From: Octopus sinensis
Taxonomy: Eukaryota
Direction of reading: 5' to 3'
DNA: 64,000 bases
Assembly: GCF_006345805.1 (NCBI RefSeq)
Contig: NC_043001.1
Span: 16,244,001 to 16,308,000, forward strand
Made by a program: the position numbers and the translations under genes. Position 1 is the first letter of the stretch; every line of letters begins with the position of its first letter. The notes beneath the pieces were generated by a model, which saw only the letters and a list, made by a program, of their open reading frames with translations, was not told the DNA's origin and did not search any database. Positions 39,001 through 50,500 of this stretch are shown here, piece by piece.

Positions 39001-42000
39001 TTTATGTGCCAGCAGCACAGGGGCCAGTCAGGTGGCACTGGCATTGACCATGCTTGAATGGTGCTTTTTATGTGCCGCCAGCACAGGGGCCAGTCAGGTG
39101 GCACTGGCATTGACCATGCTTGAATGGTGCTTTTTACGTGCCAGCAGCACAGGGGCCAGTCAGGTGGCACTGGCATTGACCATGCTTGAATGGTGCTTTT
39201 TATGTGCCACCAGCACAGGGGCCAGTCAGGTGGCACTGGCATTGACCATGCTTGAATGGTGCTTTTTTGTGCCACCAGCACAGGGGCCAGTCAGGTGGCA
39301 CTGGCATTGACCATGCTTGAATGGTGCTTTTTATGTGCCACCAGCACAGGGGCCAGTCAGGTGGCACTGGCATTGACCATGCTTGAATGGTGCTTTTTAA
39401 GTGCCAGCAGCACAGGGGCCAGTCAGGTGGCACTGGCATTGACCATGCTTGAATGGTGCTTTTTATGTGCCACCAGCACAGGGGCCAGTCAGGTGGCACT
39501 GGCATTGACCATGCTTGAATGGTGCTTTTTAAGTGCCACCAGCACAGGGGTCAGTCAGGTGGCACTGGCATTGACCATGCTTGAATGGTGCTTTTTATGT
39601 GCCACCAGCACAGGGGCCAGTCAGGTGGCACTGGCATTGACCATGCTTGAATGGTGCTTTTTATGTGCCACCAGCACAGGGGCCAGTCAGGTGGCACTGG
39701 CATTGACCATGCTTGAATGGTGCTTTTTAAGTGCCAGCAGCACAGGGGCCAGTCAGGTGGCACTGGCATTGACCATGCTTGAATGGTGCTTTTTATGTGC
39801 CGCCAGCACAGGGGCCAGTCAGGTGGCACTGGCATTGACCATGCTTGAATGGTGCTTTTTACGTGCCAGCAGCACAGGGGTCAGTCAGGTGGCACTGGCA
39901 TTGACCATGCTTGAATGGTGCTTTTTATGTGCCACCAGCACAGGGGCCAGTCAGGTGGCACTGGCATTGACCATGCTTGAATGGTGCTTTTTATGTGCCG
40001 CCAGCATGGGACAGTCAGTCTGGGGATTGAACCCACAATCTCATAATCATGAATGCAACACACCTACCCACTAAGCCACATGCCTTCATGTTAACCATGT
40101 TCAATAAATAAACGTAATGCCTCCCTCTCTCCAGTTCTTACTCAATGTCCCTGAATGTATATATTTCTAAACGCATGTGTGTGCATGCATGTTTATGTGT
40201 CTTTGCTTCATGTGGCAGAAAGTATTGTTACCAAGACAAGTTGAATGTCCAGTCAGTCGTGCCAAATCATCAATGTCCAAACAACCTTGTCCAGTCTTCT
40301 AATTCTGCAGTATAAACTTACCTTCAGGTTTAAGTACCTGCTCGTATATCATTCTCTGTGCAGTCAGGTATTTCTCTGTAATGTCCCCGGATTCAGACAG
40401 CAACGCATCATAATCTGCAATGGAGATGTTCATCAAAAGATAAGCAGGTGAGGAAAATTTAAATCAGATGATGAGACTTCATTGTAAAAACTCCTAAAAG
40501 TGAAAGTGAAACTATGGAAATATTTACCAAAAGACTTCTAATATATAATAATAATAATAATAATAATAAAAACATTGTGTACAGTGCTCAGGTGCACTAC
40601 AACTCATCTAAAGTGTATGTATAATCAGGTGTAGTTTCGGCGGATTTCGGAAAGCATGAGGGCCTTAAAGGATGCAGTGTCATGGCAGTCAACAACTGAC
40701 GCAGGCAGTTTGTTCCATGCTTCAGCAACTCTTAGCGTGAAAAAATGTTTCCGAAAGTCATGGGAGCTGTGTTGTTTTCTGACTTTGTAGGCATGTCCAC
40801 GTGTGTTAGACACATGGAGATCAAAAAGGTGTTCAGTGTTGTTGTTGGTGAGGTGGTTGATAACTTTGTGGGTGATTACCAAGTCCATCACCAGACACCA
40901 GAGCTTCAGTGAATCCATGCCCAGGGAAACAAGGTGCTCAGAATATGGTAGGTGTCTGATGGAGGGTATGCGTTTGGTTGCACGTCTCCGAACAGATTCC
41001 AGGAGGTCAATGTTCTGAGCAAGATAAGGGTTCCAAACCTATGATGCGAATTCCAAGTGTGGTCGTACCATAGCTGTATACAGTTTTAAATAGATGGCTG
41101 GAACAGCAGCAAGTGTAGGTGCAATGGCCCAGTGGTTAAGGCAGTGGACTCGCGGTTGTAAGAATGCGGTTTCGATTCCCAGATCGGGCATTGTGAGTGT
41201 TTATTGTGTCCTTGTTTGTCCTCTCTGTGTTTAGCCCTTTGTGGGTAGTAAAGAAATAGGAAACGCTAGCATGCCGGGTGAAATGCTCAGCAATATTTTG
41301 CCTGTCTTTACGTTCTGAGTTCAAATCCCCCTGAGGTCGACTTTGCCTTTCATCCTATCAGGGTCGATAAATTAAGTACCAGTTAGTTGCATACTGGCCC
41401 CCACTCCCCCAAAATTTCTAGCCTTGTGCCAAAAGTAGAAAAGATATAAATACATTATTAATCAACATTTCCACTCATTACCTCCGCCAAGGAAGGAGGT
41501 TATGTTTTCATTTACTTATTAATTTTTTTCTAAAATTTTCGTTGCTTCTTACCTCTTCAATAGTCATTAAATACCGTAAATCCTCGAGTATAGTCAGGGG
41601 ATTTTTAGGGGGCTGTACTTCTGCAAAACCTAAACCTTGTGTATGATACACACCTCTTCTTTAACTTGAGTCAAGGAGGTCTATATAACGTCCTTGGTTT
41701 GTAAAAATGTATACGGTAACGTCCTTTATTATTATTGTATATATAACATAATGCAAACGTGTAGCTTTTTTGTGCATTTTGTTGGCAGAAAATAAAGAAA
41801 TAACAGTAATAACGTTTAACAAATGTTGCTTATTGCAAGTTATGGATGATTCTTTTATGACTTCATTGCTTTCAGGCTTAGTTATATATAAATATAAACA
41901 AACAATCTTATAATACGTCTTTTTTCCTTTTTTTTAGAATATTCTGTGATCTTCAAAACCAAGAAGACTCTTAACTCATGAGGTTATAAAATAGGGATTA

Positions 42001-45000
42001 TATGCCAAACTCTTTAATGGGCATTTTACAATCACATACATACGTGCATGAATGAATGTGAATATATATTAACAGGGAGAGAGAGAGAGGCGTGGATCCT
42101 CCCCGTACGAAGAGTAACCGCCTTGAAAAAGTTGCCGTAAGGAAGAATTCCGCAACGCGAACTTCCTCATTGTTTCCATACTCTTTACTCTTTTACTCTT
42201 TTACTTGTTTCAGTCATTTGACTGCGGCCATGCTGGAGCACCGCCTTTAGTCGAGTAAATCGACCCCAGGACTTATTCTTTGTAAGCCCAGTACTTATTC
42301 TATCGGTCTCTTTTGCCGAACCACTAAGTTACAGGGACGTAAACACACCAGCATCGGTTGTCAAGCAATGTTGGGGGGGGGAGGACAAACACAGACACAC
42401 ATACAAATATATATATATACATATATACGACGGGCTTCTTTCAGTTTCCGTCTACTAAATCCACTCACAAGGCTTTAGTTGCCCCGAGGCTATAGTAGAA
42501 GACACTTGCCCAAAGTGCCATGCAGTGGGATTGAACCCGGAACCATGTGGTTGGGAAGCAAGCTACTTACCACACAGCCACTCCCACTCCATGTTCATAA
42601 TAATAATGAAATTATTGTATACAGTGCTCAGGTGCACCACAAGCTTAAGGTATTTTCGAGCCCGACATCACAAAATGCGTCTGAATAAACAATGCCGGAC
42701 AGCAAATAGAGAAAATAATCTCTAAGAAAATAATCGCTTAGAAAATAATCTCCATTTGTAACCTCGTGTATAATACGCACTAGAGATCTCGACCATTAAA
42801 TTTTGGAGAAAAATTGCGGATTGTACTCGAGGATTTATGGTATGTGTTATATTCCAATAAAAAAATCTCATACTGAATGTGAAAAAAATCCTTTAAACAA
42901 TATGTAAGTTATCTCCCTTGGACTATAATTTTCGACAAAACCAGTTTTCATTGACCCCCCCTTTCCCCACTCGAGTGGTCTCCCTTGTTCCATTTTAGCT
43001 GATAACGTCATTTGTGTTAAATCAAATGAAAGATTATCTTCTACTTTGGTCTCGTTGATTACTGCTGTATATCTTCTTTATATATAAAAGTAAGGTTGTG
43101 TGTCTGTCTCCTACGATTTAGATTCCTAACTGCTCCCACATTTTGCGGTGCAGTTTAACCAAAAGCGGGTATCTTATAGTCGTGATTCATATCGAGCCCT
43201 TCTGGGTATTAGCGCGCGTCTACGATGAGTCTACGATTTTAAAAAAAATTACCATCATTTTTTTCCATATTAATGCAATTTTTTCGCTATTATATAAGGG
43301 AAGTAACTCTCTAAAAATGTCTACGATGAGTCAACGATTTAAAAAAAATTTACCATCATTTTTTTTCCATTTTTAATGAATTTTTTGCTATTTTTTGGCT
43401 ATAACTCTCTAAAAATGCTTTATAGTTATTTCACTTACAAACCCGAGCATCGCCGGGCGATACTGCTAGTCCTGAATAAAAATGACTGAGGAGGCCGACA
43501 CATTTTCGTTTGTTGATGCTTTTAGTTTAAGCAAGCTTTGGCTCCAGCTCATCAAGTTATATTACATATTTATATATCTATGTATAGGTGCGTGTGATGT
43601 GTACATCTCTCTATCCGCTCAGTCGAAGTCGACTCTCAGTTACTCGTTGGATCAGTGTCCTCCAGTCAGTTCTATCCCGGGACGCTTCTTTCAGATTGGC
43701 TATGGCCATTCCCGTATCACTCTTGATGGTGTCAATCCAGTGGGTTCTTGGTTGGCCTCTTCCTCTCATGCCACTGACCATTCCGAGCATGATGTCCTTC
43801 TCCAGGGATTTTCTCTGCATAATATGACCAAAATATGCCATTCTATGCTGGGTGATCCTAGCTTCTAGCAACATTTTCGGTCTTATCTGCTTCTCCATTG
43901 AACTTCTCCATTGGTGACCCTCGCTGTCCATGGAATCCGTAAACGTCTTCTCCAACACCTAAGCTCGTGTACATACATACCGTAAATCCTCGAGTATAAT
44001 CTGCATTTTTCCCCAAAAATTTAAAGGTCAAAGTCCCTAGTGCGTATTATACACGAGGTTAAAAATGAAAATTATTTTCTAAGTAAATGTCCGAGTCTCT
44101 ATTTGCTGTCCGGCAATGTTTATTCAGACGCATTTTGTGATGTCGGGCGAGAAAATACCTTAAGCTAAGCCTGAAAGCAACAAAGTCATAAAAGAATCAT
44201 CCATAACTTGCAATAAGCAACATTTATCAAAATAAAAAGTATTCAGAAATAAATGAAAGTAAATCTTCTGATGTTGACTATGAATCTGACGATGACGGAG
44301 ATTTACACTACAATGTTGCTGACATGTTTACGGAGGAACAAATGGAATAGTTATTTGATGCTGAAAGTGACGTTGAATTTGAAGGATTTGAATAAAGGCA
44401 ATTTACTTAATATTTATCTACACGTTTGCATTATGTTATATATACAATAATAATAAAGGACGTTACTGTATAGTTTTACAAACCAAGGACGTTATATAGA
44501 CCTCCTGGACTCAAGTTAGAGGAGGGGTGCGTATTATACACAAGGTTTAGGTTTATTATAGGTACAGCCCCCTAAAAATCCCCTGCGTATCATACTCAAG
44601 GGCAAACTATACTCAATGATTTATGGTACATGTGTGTGAAGGCAGTGAGCTGGCAGAAACGTTAGCACTCCGGGTGAAATGCTTAGCGGTATTTCGTCTG
44701 TTGCTATGTTCTGAGTTCAAATTCCGCCGAGGTCGACTTTGCCTTTCACCCTTTAGGGGTCGATAAATTAAGTACCAGTTATGCACTGGAGTCGAAGTAA
44801 TCTACTTAATCCATTTGTCTGTCCTTGTTTGTCCCCTCTGTGTTTAGCCCCTTGTGGGTAGTAAAGAAATAGGTACATGTGTGTGTGTGTGTGTGTGTCT
44901 GTGTGTGTGTGTGCATGTGTTTGTGTCTCCTTTTTCACATAATAGCTGTAAACTAGTGTCGACATTGTGCAAGTGGCATCCTGCATTTCCAGTCTTCTGC

Positions 45001-46592
45001 AAAAATATGTCTGGTCTTGGAGTAGAGTTACCTTACCTGCAAACAGGTGAGAGTTAGTGACGGAATGGGTATCTGGCTGTAGAAACTCTGCCTCAACAAA
45101 TTCCATCCCACCCATCATCATCATCATTTAACGTCCGCTTCCCACGTTGACATGGATTGGAAGGTTTGACAAAAAACTGGTAAGCTGGGAAGCAAGCTGC
45201 ACCAGGTTCAAGTCTGATTTGAACTTTCTGCAGCTCGCTAGCTTACCAGTTCACTATTTATAACCTTCAGGAGTGGCTGTGTGGTAAGTAGCTTGCTTAC
45301 CAACCACATGGTTCTGGATTCAGTCCATTTGCGTGGCACCTTGGGCAAGTGTCTTCTATGATAGCCTCGGGCTGACCAAAGCCTTTTGAGTGGATTTGGT
45401 AGACGGAAACTGAAAGAAGCCTGTCGTATATATGTATATATATATATGTGTGTGTTTGTCTCCACAAACATCGCTTGACAACCGATGCTGGTGTGTTTAC
45501 GTCCCTATAACTTAGCGGTTCGGCAAAAGAGACCGATAGAATAAGTACTAGGCTTACAAAGAATAAGTCCTGGGGTTGATTTGCTCGACTAAATGTGGTG
45601 CTCCAGCATGGCCGCAGTCAAATCACTGAAACAAGTAAAAGAGTTCAAGATTTTGATATGTTTGTTTATTTTTAGAATGACAATACAGGGTAGGTGTGAG
45701 AGGCTGTACCCAGCAAGTCTGAACATAAAACAGGTAGAATATCTGAACCAGATTTAGCTGGTTTGAAAGCCCGAAGGGTTAAACTTACCATAACTAGTGA
45801 CATCTGGTGCATATTTCTCTTTCTGACCGTTCGCTCCAGCCATGAATCCAAAATTTGTTCCACCCATAAACATATAGAAGTTGAATGATGCATTCTGATT
45901 TAGAATAAACTGGAAGGTCTTCTTGAATGCTACAAAGTAAAAAAAATAAAACTGAGTAAAACCTATTTAAACAGAGAAATTTTGTGGTGTGAAACAGCAA
46001 AAGTTGAAACTTAACAAACACTTGGGAAAGAAATATACACAATTTTATGAAGTTCAATCCTCAAAGTTGAGTAGTAATTTTACAGGAGTCTCTGAATTTT
46101 CTTTTTTAATTTTTAAATGGAGTTGTAATTATTTACTCTGAATACGTTTCTTTTTTCATTCTACCATTTCTCTCAGAAAAACAGAACTATTCAATGCAAT
46201 ATCAAAAACAGGTAGGTAGATGTGTGTGTTTATTTTTAATTGGGAATATTATTTGTTTCTGTTGATTAAGATATATATATATATATATATATATAAAACC
46301 GCATGTGCATGGTGGATTTTGAAAAATTATAACATATAAACACAAGGCCTATATGTTAGCCTTGGCTTCCTGCTGAAGATGGCAACGCCAATTGTAAATT
46401 AAAATCATTATATTTTATTTACAAAAGATTGCCGAAACTGTGCATTGTCCAGGAAAGATAGAGTAAATGTTTTTATTTCTCATTCCCTTTCAGAATTACA
46501 GCTATTAGTGGTTTGCAGTTTAACTGCTCTTTCTAGTGAGTCAGGTGTCCTATTATGGTCATCTCTTAAGTGTTTAAATGTACACTGTATAT

Positions 46593-46645
<53 letters not shown>

Positions 46646-47284
46646 TATCATCATCATCATTTAACGTCCGCTTTCCATGCTGGCATGGGTTGGACGGTTT
46701 GACTGAGGACTGGTGAGCCAGAGGCTGCACCAGGCTCAATCTGATCTACAGCTGGATGCCCTTCCTAACGTCAACCACTCCAAGAGTGTAGTGGGTGCTT
46801 TTACGTGACGCCAGCACAAGGGCCAGTCAGTTTGCGTCTTCTAAATCTCCTCACAATGCTTTGGTCAGCCTAAGGCTAGAGTAGAAGACACTTGCCTACA
46901 GTGCCACGCAGTGGGATTGAACCTGGAACCATGTGTTTGGGAAGCATATTATGTTTGATAAAATAATAATAATGAGAAAACAGAAAGATACTAACTTTCC
47001 AAAGGTTTTGATTCTCGATACTTGTTGCCCCAGTGGTCAAACCAACCAGACCAAAATTCCATGACCATTAACGGGTTTTCCGGGTTTATGTCTGTAATGA
47101 CTTTGAATATATCTTTGCCTCTCTGGTGGCCACCAAAGTTTGCAGTCAATAGAACTGTTCAAGAAACAAAAAAATAAATAAAAGGAAAATGAGAATCAGA
47201 ACAATACATTTATTTTTTATGGTTTATTTTTTGATATATATATGTGTGTGTATATATATATACGTGTATGTATGTATGTATGTA

Positions 47285-47320
<36 letters not shown>

Positions 47321-47485
47321 CTGGAGTAGGCATATAAATGTGAAACAAGGTGGAAAAAAAAGTACTCAAATACCAGAAGTAGAGTAAAATATGCTTTATT
47401 TAAAAGAAGCAGAAACTGTGCGATGAACGAGAATGTGAAACTCTGAGTAACAGCTTTTGTTATATTTCTGCTGCTTTTAAATAAA

Positions 47486-47561
<76 letters not shown>

Positions 47562-50500
47562 TGTTGTGTCTGGGGAGAGTCATTTTCTTTTTGTGCCTTA
47601 TAATTTAACACACTCACTGGTAAAATTTCTACTTCTTTCTTATTTTAACCTTTTCGATAGTCTTGACTACTGAAAAAATATTACATGCATGCATGCATGC
47701 ATACATGCATGCATGCATGCATGCATACATACATACATACATACATACATACATACATCCATACATACATACGTACGTACATACATACATACATGCATGC
47801 ATACATACATACATTATATACATATATACATACATACATATGTGGGCTTTTTTCAGTTCCAGTTTACGAAATCCACTCACAAGGCTTTGCATGACCCCAA
47901 GTCTGTAGTACAAGACACTCGCCCTAGGTACCATGCAGTGGAACTGAACCTGAAATCATGTGGTCGGGGAGTAAGCTTCTGAACCATACAGCCATACCAG
48001 CCACAGGATCAAATATTGGAATTTAGTCATCTCGTCATAAATCTAATTCATATTTATATGGAAATGTACTTAGCAGAGAATTTCTGTCAAACAAAGGCAA
48101 CCAATAGAAAGACATGGCACTTACCGCCAGGAATGGTAGCTCTTATGATTCCTGACAATCCATCTGAGATTAGCAATAATTCATGGACACCATTCTTGAT
48201 AAAAAGCTGAAAAGATATCAAACACCACAACATCATCATCATCATCATCATCGTTTAACGTCCGTTTTCCGCGTTAGCACGGGGTCTGGGAAGCCAGGGG
48301 CTGCACCAGGCTCCAGTCTGATCTGGCAGAGTTTCTACAGCTGGATGCCCTTCCTAACGCCAACCACTCCGCGAGTGTAGTGGGTGCTTTTTACGTGCCA
48401 CCTGCACAGGTGCCAGTGGTCCACGATCGGTTGGAGCTTTTAACGTGCCACCGGCACGGAAGCCAGTCAGGGTGGCGCTGGCATCTCCAATTCTAATTCC
48501 AACTAATTCATTTATTTGTTGCGCTTTAAACAACACACACATTTAGGGTTATAGTCTAGAGAAGGGGGTTCGTTAAGTGGTCAACAATGACCCTAGGAAA
48601 TGTGGTGGGGGTGCTTAAAGCTATGCTAGAGGTTGATATTCCAATAATATCAATTTAATATTATTGAATTTTTATTGTCCTTTATCAATTATGTATGGTA
48701 AGTATTTTCATTAAACTCATTAAATATTTCTAATTAAAAGGTAGTAATAACACAAAAAGTGGAGGTGCAATGGCCCAGTGGTTAGGGCTGCGGACTCGCA
48801 GTCGGAGGATCATCATCATCATCATCATCGTTTAACATCCGGGTTGGACGGTTCGACCGGGGATCTGGGAAGCCAGGGCTGCACCAGGCTCCAGTCTGAT
48901 CTGGCAGAGTTTCTACAGCTGGATGCCCTTCCTAATGCCAACCACTCCGCGAGTGTAGTAAGGAATGGAATGTTTACAGCACCAAGGTTTCCCAAGCGGT
49001 CACCCATCTAAGTACTAACTAGGCTTGATGTTGCTTAACTTCGGTGATCAGACGAGAACCGGTGCTTTCAACGTGATATGGCCGTAAGCGGTTTCGATTT
49101 CCCAGACCGGGCGTTGTATGTGTTTATTGAGCGAAAACACCTAAAAAGCTCCACGAGGTCCCGGCAGGGGGTGGTGGCGACCCCTGCTGTACTCTTTCAC
49201 CACAACTTTCTCTCACTCTCTCTTCCTGTTTCTTGAGTAATGCTGTGATGAACTGGCGTCCTGTCCAGCTGGGGCGAACATATATGCCACAGAAACCGGG
49301 AAGCTGGGCCCATGAGCCTGGCTAGGCTTGAAAAAGGGTGAAAAATAGAAAAAAAATAACACAAAAGATCAAAAAGATTGTTGTCTTACAATTACGAAAT
49401 TTATTTATATCTTAATATTAATATTAATCTTAATATTAATCTAAAAATTTAAATAATAAGTAATCAACAATTCCATGAAGTGGGGGCCATGATATAAAGG
49501 GTTTTCCAACCTCCGGTCAAAGGACTTGGTAATATTATATGTCCTGCCTACTTTCAGAGATATTTTCAGGAGCAGGCAATGTCATGTAGTTAGAACGTTT
49601 GCTCCACAATCTTAGAAAAGGAAGAGCAGCACCCACTTTTGATTGGTCACTACCTTGTAGGCTTTTGATTGGTCAGTACCTTGTAGGCTTTTATAATAAT
49701 GATAATAATAATAATGAAATTATTGTATGTAGTGCTCAGGTGCACCACAACTTGTCAAAAGTGCATATAAAGCATATGCAGTAATGTACACATGTCTAGA
49801 AAGCAGACAGTGTATGAGTCAGATACATGCTTGCGTGTGTATGGAGGGGAGAAAATCAGGTGTAGTGTTGGCGAATCTCAGGAAGCATGGAAGTTTGAAG
49901 GATGCAGTGCTCCGACAACTAACAACTGATGTCGGCAGTTTGTTCCATGCTTCAGCAACTCTTAGCATGAAAAAATGTTTCCGAAAGCCATGGGAGCTGT
50001 GCCGTTTTCTGACTTTGTAAACAGGTCCACAGGTGATTGGTCACTACCTTGTAGAAAAAACTGGGCAATGAAAATTGATTAATGGCCTATGAGATGGGCT
50101 GTACCTATCCTCAGATTGTAGACTTAACATATCCTTCACTTTAATATCATAATTTGGTTTTTGTGAGGCTTTAGCAAAGTGCACCCTAGGGATTGTAGTA
50201 TCACGTAATCCCGAGATCTTAGGGGTTACAACAATATCTTTTCCTACTTGCACTGTACTGAGTGTGATGTCTTATAGTATTTACACCCTGTCTCCAAAGG
50301 TTGTGGTCGTTTTAGCTCCAAATCAGCATTGATCGAGCAGACCTAATATCAAAGGCTCTCCAGCCATGACCATCCCATGTTTTTGTATTTCAGGGAGCAT
50401 ATTTTCAAATACAGTCTTTCAAATTTTGGATTGTAACTTTTGATTTGAGGAAAACTTGATTGTTATTTCTAGCAAGCTGAATGAGGGTGATGATGATGGA

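Noticed and set aside
28255-40006. CRISPR-like array
   Set aside because: There are no unique spacers, only point variants of one monomer, and there are no cas genes in this eukaryotic context.
28043-40074. Long Cys/Trp-rich ORFs on both strands (up to 457 aa)
   Set aside because: They follow from a 66-bp (22-codon) unit lacking stops in one frame per strand. They are broken by homopolymer indels and TGA variants, lie in an intron, and have no gene context. Many indels may be long-read consensus errors.
45789-45929. [10 protein letters not shown] instead of YMFHGGTNFG as a sign of inactivation
   Set aside because: This position varies in GH35 (human GLB1 has Ile, as I recall), and both catalytic Glu are intact.
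48972-49089. Functional 5S rRNA gene
   Set aside because: It is a single copy with terminal-helix mismatches, no oligo-T terminator, and is embedded in a retroposed insert.
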